Positions 16,501-24,803 of a stretch of DNA of 64,000 nucleotides are shown here, one piece after another. The position numbers and the translations under genes were made by a program. Source of the DNA: an uncultured virus (IMG/VR IMGVR_UViG_3300030060_002428). Lineage: Duplodnaviria; Heunggongvirae; Uroviricota; Caudoviricetes; Crassvirales. Every line of letters starts with the position of its first letter. The first letter of the stretch is position 1. A model generated the notes under the pieces. That model did no database searches. It had not been told where the DNA came from and was given only the letters and a program-made list of their open reading frames with translations. The stretch lies in the IMG/VR virus record IMGVR_UViG_3300030060_002428; one strand, 5' to 3'.

Positions 16501-18007
16501 TTGGACCAATTAGCTGGTATGTAGGAAATTCTAATTGTGCAACATTTGCAAAACCGTTAGATAGAGCTGCTCCTGATGTAGGATTTACTGATGCAGGAGA
16601 AGTATCTACTTCCATTTCTGCCCAAGCTCCTAATGCTGTAGATAGTATAGGAGTAGTAGCTGCAGACTCTGTACCAGTTTCTAGTAGTCCTGATGTAGCA
16701 TTACAATATACACAAAGAGCATCTGTCTCGTACGCAGCTGCAATACCTGATTCATAGTTAATAGCTGCAGAACTTCCGCTAGGTCCACATCCCCATCCCT
16801 CATCTTGACCTTCTGCTACAAACCCTAGTAGAATTTGCTTTGTTAAATTACACCCCGCATCATCTGTAACTGTAAGCTCGTACAAACCTGCTGGCATAGA
16901 AGATATAGTAACAGATGTAATTCCGTCACCAATTGTTGCGGTATGAGTACCATCAGTAGAGTATCCTGTAATAGGACCTACTTCTAGCTGTATAGCAGTA
17001 AGAACATACGCTGCTGATCCTCCAGCAAATGTACCTCCAGTTAAATTTACAGTTATTGCCCCGTTTGCTGATGAACTAGTAGTTGCTTCGGTGTGCACTA
17101 CATCAATTAAATACCCGTCACAAGTTAAACAACACCCTCCATCAACAACAATAAAACTATTAATTGCTTCTAGCGTTAATGCATCTCCATTACAATCATT
17201 TGCTAACCCACTTAAATCCTGATTTACAGGAACACAAGGCCAAGTCTCTCCTTCACATCCTGTTAGGTAATAATTGCTAGAAGCTGGGTTAGTACATACA
17301 GTAACTTGACTAGCACTTTTTAATACGTTAGATTCAACTATTTTAACAACACCACAAACTTTAGGTCCTCTTCGTTCCTTATCTGAATAGCAAGAATAAC
17401 GTATTTCAGCATTATTATCTCCTCCTCTAAACTTACCAAGTTGTAATGGGTTATACCCTCCTTGTTTGTGGCCTAACTCATTTAGAAAAGAGTTTTGCAA
17501 CTCGTTAGATCCAAGATATGCGGCTGCACCATCTGATACGTAGTAGTAATCTTGCTTACTGCTTGTATCTAAATATCTAGAAGAAGACTCTGGGAATATA
17601 TAGAGCTGCTTGTATTTAGACTTAGAGTAGTACACAGCATCTACAACAGAGTGTGTATTGTTAGTGCCGTCAGATGTTACTACTAAACTCTGAGAAAGTA
17701 AATCATAAGATTCTGGTAACTTTTGATCTGCAGTAGGAATAGTCAGTTTTACAGAAACACTTGACCTGTCTTCTAACTCAATGTTAAAAGTTAAAGATGT
17801 AATACTATTTGGTACTTTGCTGTAAGCATTAAAAACTCTTTGATCGCCCGATGGCGTAGTTTTAGTTTCTATTCTTGACGCAACAAAAGATCTAGTTGAC
17901 TCTTCTATAGAAACAACTTTATTTTGTAAAGACCCCTGAAAGATTACATACAGCTTGCCACTGCTATCTCTTAAAGCTTTACCTGATACAAATGTGAATT
18001 TTGCCAT
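13562..18007 (-). CDS. Large multidomain virion-associated protein with GCTDP Cys repeats, SprB-like repeats and a CBM5/12-like module
   Basis: Six GC[TD]xxxAxN[YF] repeats; NGAITVNLTGGT...MPAGLYELTVTDDAGC; YWNPSDTAVYTVGTVVKHHDIIYQAV; no signal peptide; structural operon. Confidence 0.65.
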   Translation of the reverse strand: MAKFTFVSGKALRDSSGKLYVIFQGSLQNKVVSIEESTRSFVASRIETKTTPSGDQRVFNAYSKVPNSITSLTFNIELEDRSSVSVKLTIPTADQKLPESYDLLSQSLVVTSDGTNNTHSVVDAVYYSKSKYKQLYIFPESSSRYLDTSSKQDYYYVSDGAAAYLGSNELQNSFLNELGHKQGGYNPLQLGKFRGGDNNAEIRYSCYSDKERRGPKVCGVVKIVESNVLKSASQVTVCTNPASSNYYLTGCEGETWPCVPVNQDLSGLANDCNGDALTLEAINSFIVVDGGCCLTCDGYLIDVVHTEATTSSSANGAITVNLTGGTFAGGSAAYVLTAIQLEVGPITGYSTDGTHTATIGDGITSVTISSMPAGLYELTVTDDAGCNLTKQILLGFVAEGQDEGWGCGPSGSSAAINYESGIAAAYETDALCVYCNATSGLLETGTESAATTPILSTALGAWAEMEVDTSPASVNPTSGAALSNGFANVAQLEFPTYQLIGPNQATWNEFSAGQWFSGSADANPYEYKLYKIPLTLEIGSQGDGDNVKTNITGASGVSLISTSTNASGGFLSLTGLAHGRYAIILSYTHGSAVKEYEECYAVKEFKIGLKGCDQPGAVNYNADVTVPADDCITPECNPSAFNTPFSIEPTLCGVTVLEDDWLGNNPEIFAVFNNGYEVIGTSGLPSGPLGPGTVAATAYVFENIFCGLSPIFYPAVAAAALGGGEESIYSGWSTSQNLEYTPTASNGVTLPIWVNFEEGTYNYEDFGTYAGSELNNIITGLNLICPFFRIKFADGEQFIITQTAEGFIGGPYTFGLRNLLFSDGEVTVDENGVLQTGDRTPLMSVPCGYILEHGDITEVETVIAYGEPGVWGSVYQSVWSNSGDGYFNTVEHCQNVDCSGDVNTIITGCTDPEASNYNPDANTDDGSCQYPPPPEVPGCTDPAATNYDVNATLDDGTCEYINLDILGCTDMQAANFNPAATIEDGSCIYDGSGTLDDCSTIHDFANSNVHYIMNNQVITNTASTYNETTGLCEPDNTGSVVVNLPSVSGLTIQNPNGLYAAVILTWLSPPPTFPYFGQTQMQANFAPGFVSAVDFVTTWNQDTNLIDANLLIDPDTTTSFTFSDLPNGAYVVQVIYTAAALADQGAVMVAAPGWSVGQQGGGILAAFCPGVIQAPVTIGMDVCEGLPEPQVYGCTDPDADNYNSLATVDDGTCTYPCNPCEGECLCPDGSYSVDCCVPDPVSGCTDPNALNFNASANMEDGSCNYPPCPINCVDFVSAVCIPNRINSVIGDVERCLANVGNRFYTKLISGLSDDCSTMEAWKIIIISELLSKKGLPCIYNCADSETPDSPGSRCEEKWEGSGSLYWNPSDTAVYTVGTVVKHHDIIYQAVTTIGLNLDPSTTVSFPDNPISGWQKCVDAVTYSDNTNYLQKFTSFAQKYCRECGIPPYVTEAMESIQTNNPLTIGGAPIENDGSSFTSDDT

Positions 18008-18018
18008 AGTCTAGCCTA

Positions 18019-18531
18019 TTAACAATTACATCCACAATGTCCTCCACACATTTCAACAGCTTTGTTGTACTTCGCTTGTGCATTCGCTATTACAGCTTCT
18101 GCGTTTAGTAGTACATCTCCTGTTGCATATGCGGCTAATTCTGATTCTGCTGCTTTTACCAGCAAAAATATTTTTTGTGCTTCTGCAAGTTGCGAAGCGC
18201 ATTTTGTACAGTCACAAGCACAATCTAGTAGCTCGTTTACTTTCTTTGCTAAACAACAAAGAACTTCACAAGTTCCTATAACTACAGTCTGATTCATAAC
18301 TCTCTCATCATATAGATGCTGGACATGGAATATTCCTTTATCCGTTCCTAAAACAGAAGTTTCTATTACCGTGCTAAAAACTGCTTGTCCCCCAGGAAAG
18401 GCTTGGACGTATTCATTACCGTCACTAGAAATTATTATTGAGTTAGCAGGACCTGCGTCAGGATTAGTAACTCTTATAATTATCCTTTTACAGTCGTTAG
18501 TTAGAGATGCTCTAAGTGTAGTTTGTGCCAT
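18019..18531 (-). CDS. Cys-rich structural protein
   Basis: CEVLCC, CACDCTKC and terminal CGGHCGCNC. Confidence 0.55.
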   Translation of the reverse strand: MAQTTLRASLTNDCKRIIIRVTNPDAGPANSIIISSDGNEYVQAFPGGQAVFSTVIETSVLGTDKGIFHVQHLYDERVMNQTVVIGTCEVLCCLAKKVNELLDCACDCTKCASQLAEAQKIFLLVKAAESELAAYATGDVLLNAEAVIANAQAKYNKAVEMCGGHCGCNC

Positions 18532-18542
18532 GATTAATATTT

Positions 18543-18584
18543 AAAAAAAGACCGGTAGGGGGCCAATTCCCCCTACTAGTCTTT
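18543..18584 (-). terminator. Rho-independent terminator after the capsid-accessory genes
   Basis: Minus strand GAAAGACTAGTAGGGGG-AATTGG-CCCCCTACCGGTCTTTTTTT. Confidence 0.8.
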
Positions 18585-18597
18585 CTACGTTATTATA

Positions 18598-18981
18598 TTA
18601 TCCTATTAGAACGTATTCTACGATAATATCTAGATCTGCTGTACCGCCAGTTAAAGTGTCAGTACCTACTGCAACCTTAATTGCTGTACCATCAGAAACT
18701 GCTGCTGCGTCTTCTACAACATCTTCTCTAACTACATAACCTGCAGTGTCCAGTTTTGCTTTCGCAATTGCAGAAGTAGTAGTAACACCACCTGCAATAA
18801 TTGAAACTGTTGCACTTCCACCTGAAGCTACTGCTCCACGAGCAATCACTGTAGTAGATGTAATAACTGCACCGTTAGGAACATTACTAGTAGTTGCTAA
18901 TGTTTGTGTTGCCACTGTAACACCATCACTTGCTAGGTACCTTGCTGATACGTATCCGTACCTTGGATTTGAATTTGCCAT
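18598..18981 (-). CDS. Putative capsid decoration/auxiliary protein
   Basis: Small and Ala/Thr/Val-rich; VPNGAVIT and LDIIVEY; last gene before a terminator in the capsid cluster. Confidence 0.55.
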   Translation of the reverse strand: MANSNPRYGYVSARYLASDGVTVATQTLATTSNVPNGAVITSTTVIARGAVASGGSATVSIIAGGVTTTSAIAKAKLDTAGYVVREDVVEDAAAVSDGTAIKVAVGTDTLTGGTADLDIIVEYVLIG

Positions 18982-19008
18982 TTTTCTAAAATTTTAAAAA
19001 GTTAATAA

Positions 19009-19941
19009 TTATAAGATTACGCTAGGAAATTCTCCTGTAAAGTACCCGTTCAGTGTATTCTCAAGTAGTATACGATCTGCATCAGACCCTTCTGGCATTG
19101 CAATGTTGATTTCAATTAAGTTATCTACCCCATTAATTTGCGAGTTAGATGATCCATCTTTAGTCGCAGCAATGTGATACATATCGTAGGTTGACCCAAC
19201 TACCGCAGTGTTTGCTGGAGCAATAGGAAGCTCTACACGGTTGTAGTAACCGTACTGAACACCCATAAGTGCATCCTCAAATGCTTTAACAGCATAGCCA
19301 CCACCTACACCAGGACTTGCATTTGCAGAAGTCGAAGCTGTGTGAGTCTGCCCTGTGCCGTCATAGCTTTCTACAATTAGCTTAAGCTGTACTGGAGCAT
19401 AGTCCCAAGAGTTACCACTGTAAGCAGTGTCTCCTCGCTTAGCGCCAGAGAATACAACTGTTGAACCAGCTGTAGCATCACAAACTGGGTTTAGCCAATC
19501 TGGCTTTACTAAGCTAGCATCTTCAAAAGCTGTTTTAATTACAGCATCTGCAGCTGTATGTGCTACACTATCAGCAATTTCTGTAGCAAAGCTGAAAAAC
19601 TCTGGTCTTGGACCATCAAGTCTTACAAACTTTAAAACTAACGTTCCTGCTGATGTAGTTGCTGATGCAATAGTATCAGTAACTGTACATGCTGTAGGTG
19701 CTACATAAGACTTACCGCTAAAATCAATTACGTCACGTCCATAGAACCAAGGAGAAACGATATTGTTACCGCTTGTACCTTGAATAACTCTAATCTGTGG
19801 AGCGTCTGCAATAGAATCACCTAGCTCTAAAGCTGCGGGTCCTGACTCTGTCATTTTTTGGAAAGAAACTGCACCATCGACTTCAACGCCTGAAGAAACG
19901 TTAGATGTTGCTCCTGTTCCGATTAATAAATGTCTTGACAT
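19009..19941 (-). CDS. crAss-type auxiliary capsid/structural protein
   Basis: PGVGGGYAVKAFEDALMGVQYGYYNR segment; position downstream of the major capsid gene. Confidence 0.55.
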   Translation of the reverse strand: MSRHLLIGTGATSNVSSGVEVDGAVSFQKMTESGPAALELGDSIADAPQIRVIQGTSGNNIVSPWFYGRDVIDFSGKSYVAPTACTVTDTIASATTSAGTLVLKFVRLDGPRPEFFSFATEIADSVAHTAADAVIKTAFEDASLVKPDWLNPVCDATAGSTVVFSGAKRGDTAYSGNSWDYAPVQLKLIVESYDGTGQTHTASTSANASPGVGGGYAVKAFEDALMGVQYGYYNRVELPIAPANTAVVGSTYDMYHIAATKDGSSNSQINGVDNLIEINIAMPEGSDADRILLENTLNGYFTGEFPSVIL

Positions 19942-19970
19942 TTTTTCTATTATTTATAGATTAATAAATA

Positions 19971-21137
19971 TTACTCATTCTTTGTAACCTCCATGGCCGC
20001 AGATTGGTATCTAGGGTCACTTATGGCTTCTAATATACTGCTCACTGTCATTGCAACAATCTCTTGATGAGTGTGCTCTGGCAGCTCACAGTCAACCCCC
20101 AAAGGTAGGGAAATTTCTTGTGGCTCTCGAATGTACGTTATTTTTACGGTATCTATTATAAATATATCACTCGTATATATGTCTAATGACCTACCTCTCA
20201 TTGTTGTCAATGGCGAAGTATGTTTCGTAGTATTAAACGGATCATTCAAAAGTGTAAATATGTCGTCTTGTTGTGAAAATCTGTTACCCTCAGTAATACG
20301 AGCAGAGTACACTTCTGGTACGCGCTTATCACTAAAAGTTGTAGAAGTAAATTGTGCATCTTCAAATATTGATGCTACTGTATGCCCAGTCATTCCGACA
20401 GCCTGAGTCATAGCTCCTAAAGATAAGTCCCAGTTAAACCATGGGTATAACTCGTAGTCTACTACAACTACAAACGAGCCAGGAGCATTTATAGTTTCAA
20501 ACTCTTCCCAGTATATGTCAAATCCTGCACCAGAATTAGCTAATATATCCTGCTTAACATTTTCTGTAAATGCTGGATAAGAAGTAGCAGAATTATATCC
20601 TGAAGATGTTAACGCTGGAGAAGGTTCCCATATAACAGCCGATGCAGTTGAAGCTGCATTAGCCTGGTCCTCATACATTATTATACTATCTACAAATACA
20701 GACACTCCGTTATCATTAGGCTGTATAACAAAATTGTTAAAGTCTAATGTAAAATAGTAGATTCCTCCTTCTGATTCAAAAGTTGGTTCTATGGGCTGAC
20801 AGTTGTTAATCCACAACCTAGACACTTGATTTACCAAATACATATAATCATTTGGAAGCCTAAAGGTGTCTACAAAAATATTTTCCTTTAGCTGTTCTTT
20901 AAAAGTTACAGAAGCTTCATACTCTCTAACTAGAGTACGTAAATCATCAATTCGTTTTTGAGATTCCTCGAATCCCTTTCTGTATATGTTATTTCTACCG
21001 TACTTGGTATTAATAAACCTATACATGTTTTTGTTAAGTTCAATATCTATCTCTTCAGATAAAAGACTGTCAGCTTGGAGTGAATGTATTTTATCCACTC
21101 CTTGCTGAACAGCTATATGCATCTCAGTTACGTTCAT
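19971..21137 (-). CDS. crAss-type ring/head-tail connector protein
   Basis: MNVTEMHIAV..., GFEESQKRIDDLRTLV, YIREP...CELPEHTHQEIV. Confidence 0.7.
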   Translation of the reverse strand: MNVTEMHIAVQQGVDKIHSLQADSLLSEEIDIELNKNMYRFINTKYGRNNIYRKGFEESQKRIDDLRTLVREYEASVTFKEQLKENIFVDTFRLPNDYMYLVNQVSRLWINNCQPIEPTFESEGGIYYFTLDFNNFVIQPNDNGVSVFVDSIIMYEDQANAASTASAVIWEPSPALTSSGYNSATSYPAFTENVKQDILANSGAGFDIYWEEFETINAPGSFVVVVDYELYPWFNWDLSLGAMTQAVGMTGHTVASIFEDAQFTSTTFSDKRVPEVYSARITEGNRFSQQDDIFTLLNDPFNTTKHTSPLTTMRGRSLDIYTSDIFIIDTVKITYIREPQEISLPLGVDCELPEHTHQEIVAMTVSSILEAISDPRYQSAAMEVTKNE

Positions 21138-21138
21138 G

Positions 21139-21951
21139 TTATACTAATGACAATTCTTTTAGTTTTGCCCTTAGAATAGTTAACTTACCTGAGTTCTTCT
21201 TGTCCTTCAGGTGTATAACTGCATCATCCATTGTATCGCCAAGAACCTCGTCGATAAAGATAACCTGATTACCAATCTTTCTTAGAACTCCTGCAGAAAT
21301 CATTTCGTCAATCTCTGCTTTTAGCTCTAAATGCTTATCTGTTGCAACTCTAACAAATTTCTTAGGGTTGCTATTCTTAATCTCATAAAGTGAGTTCTCA
21401 ATCTGCTCTTCAGTCATCCTATCAGGATTCGTGTTAGAAAGTAGACGTAGTACACGCTTCATGTTCTTTGCATTAGAAGATAGTTTAATAAACTCCTTAT
21501 CTGCATCTTTCTTAAGTTGGATTTCGTTGTTTTTAACCTTATCCTCTCTAGATAGATCCTGTATAAAGAATCTCTTATTAAAATCAGACTCCATTTCTTC
21601 CTTAGTTAAGGCTACGTGTGGATGTCTAAGTGCAAAATTATATTTAATATAATCCATTACATTTAAAGGTGATCCATCGTCATCTAGGCCAATCTCAAAT
21701 TCAACACCTGTAAATCCTACAGGAATTGTCATATCTGCCCAAAAACGCTTAGAGTGTTTAGGCCAGTCAACGTGATCTGGTGTAACATCTAAAATTCCAT
21801 TTAGATGCTTCTTCTCATCAGCCGGGTCAAACCCCTTTAAAGGTTGTCTATTTACATAGACACTACTGAGCTTCATTGTAGCTTCAGCTCGTACTGCTTT
21901 AGGTAAGTGACCATCTAGGTCCTTTCTCCTAAGGTAGATTTTTTTACTCAT
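21139..21951 (-). CDS. Conserved crAss-like capsid-module protein
   Basis: Directly downstream of the major capsid gene; PLNVMDYIKYNFALRHPHVA motif. Confidence 0.6.
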   Translation of the reverse strand: MSKKIYLRRKDLDGHLPKAVRAEATMKLSSVYVNRQPLKGFDPADEKKHLNGILDVTPDHVDWPKHSKRFWADMTIPVGFTGVEFEIGLDDDGSPLNVMDYIKYNFALRHPHVALTKEEMESDFNKRFFIQDLSREDKVKNNEIQLKKDADKEFIKLSSNAKNMKRVLRLLSNTNPDRMTEEQIENSLYEIKNSNPKKFVRVATDKHLELKAEIDEMISAGVLRKIGNQVIFIDEVLGDTMDDAVIHLKDKKNSGKLTILRAKLKELSLV

Positions 21952-22100
21952 TTTTCAGTTCTTTTAAAATTTTATTAAATTGTTTAATAGGGTGGAAAGA
22001 ATAACTCTCCTATATCTAAAATCGAAGGAAGTAAGGGACAGAAGCCCCTTACAACCCCGATTAAAAACCAATTATATATAGACTGCGTTGCACGCCGTGT

Positions 22101-23555
22101 TTAAGAAGCGACACAAGTTATATCAAGCGAAGTATCAAAACGCTTAAGCGCAATACCTGCTGTCTTCAACATGTGAACACTTGCCCCGTCTACATCAGAT
22201 GCCCTTGCGTCAGATCCAGAGAATCCACGTGGTACAACTGAACCAGCAACACACCATCTCATCATCTCACGACCTTTCTTAGCGATCATTTGTAGGTTAT
22301 TCTGACCGTCGTAGTTTGACTGGTCAACGAATACCATACGGTAAGACTCAAGAGAGTATCCTGTAACAGGGTGTTTCGCGCGAGCTTGAGCTACTGCACC
22401 ATGGTCAAATAATGGTAGTTTTACCACATTTACCACATGGCCGTCCACGTGCTCGTACGAAGTAAAGTAACCAGTTAGTCCAAGTGATCTACCAGAACCT
22501 GTAATGAAACGATTCTCTCCACCAACTTTCCAAGAATTACTCGAGCTTGAGAAGTGATTTTTAAGAGCCTCATCAAATTCACGAGCTCCGCCAGTACCTG
22601 TATAAAGAGTTACTTGCTTTTTAGAAGCATCAGTCATTCCGTAGAATAGGTCACCGATGATGTTCTTCAATTTTGTTTCTGTCATTGTAGAATAAGTATC
22701 TGTTTCAACAATTTGCTGAAGTAGACCTGGTCCTACAACTACAGGTTGACCATTTTCGTCCTTCATGTACGTATGACCGTTTGCGTCATATGTCTTCTGG
22801 CCGTACCAGTAGTACATTTCACACTCTTCTTTAAAGTCAAGCATGTGTAAGTACTCCTCGTAATCCATCCAAAGCTTCGTAGTAGATCCACCTTTAGTTG
22901 GTAGAGCAAACTCTGCTACGTAATCTTTAGCGTTTCCAGACATGTGGTAAGACTTACGAACTGTAGTTAGTTTGTTTCTTACTTTACCTGGAGTCTCCCA
23001 GTTAGAAGCGTTTCCACGAGAGAAATCAACTCCTACAGGAGCGTACATCTGTGCCCATAGAGCACCTTGTGTAACGTCCGCCGCAGCTACTGTAGCTGAA
23101 GTTGAAGGATTTACTAGTTGAAGCGTGTATTTCCATGCAGTACCTCCAGCTACTTGCTCAGGTTCTTTCATGATACGCGCTTGTGAACCCGACTGAGAAA
23201 CAAGTACGTATGGGAATACGAAGTGCTTGTCAGGGAATTCTAATTCAAAAGATGCTCCACCTAATCCAACATTTGATGTTGAAGTCATTGTCCTTGCTAC
23301 TGGTCTCGTTCTCAAACGATGTGTTGCCACACGATATTCATACTCTAGACGATCAATTGACTTCACGTTACCAACACCTTCTGTCATAAAAGAAAGTGGG
23401 AAACGCTTATCATCTTTACCCGCTAGGTGTGTAATGATAGGAGATAATTCAGTAGGCTTAGACAATAGAGCATTTGCCAGACTATTCATGTCTGTCATCT
23501 GTGTGTCGTTGTAAAACGTCTTTTGCACAGATATGTTTGTTCCATTAACTGCCAT
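22101..23555 (-). CDS. Major capsid protein (crAss-type, HK97 fold)
   Basis: 484 aa; RNKLTTVRKSY, GPGLLQQI, LYTGTGGAREFD, HPVTGYSLESYRMVFVD; portal-scaffold-MCP order. Confidence 0.9.
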   Translation of the reverse strand: MAVNGTNISVQKTFYNDTQMTDMNSLANALLSKPTELSPIITHLAGKDDKRFPLSFMTEGVGNVKSIDRLEYEYRVATHRLRTRPVARTMTSTSNVGLGGASFELEFPDKHFVFPYVLVSQSGSQARIMKEPEQVAGGTAWKYTLQLVNPSTSATVAAADVTQGALWAQMYAPVGVDFSRGNASNWETPGKVRNKLTTVRKSYHMSGNAKDYVAEFALPTKGGSTTKLWMDYEEYLHMLDFKEECEMYYWYGQKTYDANGHTYMKDENGQPVVVGPGLLQQIVETDTYSTMTETKLKNIIGDLFYGMTDASKKQVTLYTGTGGAREFDEALKNHFSSSSNSWKVGGENRFITGSGRSLGLTGYFTSYEHVDGHVVNVVKLPLFDHGAVAQARAKHPVTGYSLESYRMVFVDQSNYDGQNNLQMIAKKGREMMRWCVAGSVVPRGFSGSDARASDVDGASVHMLKTAGIALKRFDTSLDITCVAS

Positions 23556-23602
23556 TTTTATCTAATTTTATAAAGTTAGTTGCATTTTAAAATTGCCATT
23601 TA

Positions 23603-24709
23603 TTAAAAGTTAAGATCAAGATTATCTAAATCAACCGACTTTGACTTACGTCTAGAAGCTTTACGAGCACTCTTTACAGACTCCTCATTTTTAGCTATTC
23701 TTTCTCTTAGTGATTTCGTAGCCGTAGTCTTAGCTTTCTTGTCAATCAAGTTACCTAAATCAAATCCCTTATACATAAGGTAGTCGATTGCTAACTTAAC
23801 ATCCATGTCTGCATTGCCATGGTCTAGATCTCGTTGTGTCATACCATTTTGATTAACAGGCTTAGAGACATAGTCAAAAAATTTAGCTTTGTCTCTTTTT
23901 GGAACAGCTATTCCTGCAAATTCTGTTGAATTCTCAATGGTATCGTACACACCGTTCCAAAACTGTATTTGTTCTTCTTGAGCTTTCGCTTGTTGCTCTT
24001 TTTGTTGAGTGAGTAACTGTTGTCTCTGATGACCTTGCGATTGAGCTAATGAAGATTTTGCAGCTTGTGACTTCTGGAATAATTTACCAGTATCTTCATA
24101 ATCATCAATAAGCTCTTTAATAAAGTTTTGATCATGACCTTTGCTAACAAAGTAATCTGACAAAATAGCTTTTTGACTTCTCACGTCATCTTCTGCAATA
24201 TCTATCTTATTATAATCCAGCTGTGGATCATAAGCTTGCATAAACTCTTGCGACTCTCCGCCGTTAAGAACGTACTCAAGATGGTTTTTTACAAGTGGAA
24301 ACTTTTCAAACAACTGATCAAGCTGATCTTCTGCCATCTTAGTACCAACATCTTGAGTTAATTTAAGTAGACCTTCAGTGGTGTCATCATACTCTTCCTC
24401 AACTTCGTAGCCAAGTGAAGAAATAATTTGTCCAACAACACTATCATCGTCTGTATCTTCTGCAACGTCTTCATCCTCGTCCTCATCCTCCTCAAGGACC
24501 TTCATAACTTCTTCTTCTTCTACCTCTTCTTCTTCTTCTACTTTATCAGCAGCATCGTTATCAAGTTCGTTATCTGCAGGTTCTTCCTGCTCTGGTTTTT
24601 CTTCGACCTCAGGCACCTCCGTCGGGGCCTCTGTCGTAAGACCGTCACCTAGCATATCATCAAACGATATGTCATCTAGTACGATCTTTTCTTCTTCTGG
24701 TTTGTCCAT
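23603..24709 (-). CDS. Capsid scaffolding-like protein (highly acidic N-terminus)
   Basis: Long Glu/Asp tracts followed by a helical region; directly upstream of the major capsid gene. Confidence 0.7.
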   Translation of the reverse strand: MDKPEEEKIVLDDISFDDMLGDGLTTEAPTEVPEVEEKPEQEEPADNELDNDAADKVEEEEEVEEEEVMKVLEEDEDEDEDVAEDTDDDSVVGQIISSLGYEVEEEYDDTTEGLLKLTQDVGTKMAEDQLDQLFEKFPLVKNHLEYVLNGGESQEFMQAYDPQLDYNKIDIAEDDVRSQKAILSDYFVSKGHDQNFIKELIDDYEDTGKLFQKSQAAKSSLAQSQGHQRQQLLTQQKEQQAKAQEEQIQFWNGVYDTIENSTEFAGIAVPKRDKAKFFDYVSKPVNQNGMTQRDLDHGNADMDVKLAIDYLMYKGFDLGNLIDKKAKTTATKSLRERIAKNEESVKSARKASRRKSKSVDLDNLDLNF

Positions 24710-24730
24710 AGTCTATAAAATTAATTTTTA

Positions 24731-24738
24731 CAAAAATA
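24731..24738 (-). promoter_or_regulatory. Bacteroidota sigma-A -7 element upstream of scaffold/MCP
   Basis: Minus strand TATTTTTG matches TAnnTTTG, 22 nt before the ATG. Confidence 0.55.
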
Positions 24739-24803
24739 GTTTATATTGAATTGATTTAAATATATGTTTAGTTTTTTACTGTCTCTTTTATTATATATCA
24801 CTC

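Noticed and set aside
24420..24620. Low-complexity TTC/TCC repeats
   Set aside because: They encode the Glu/Asp-rich scaffold N-terminus; not a separate element.
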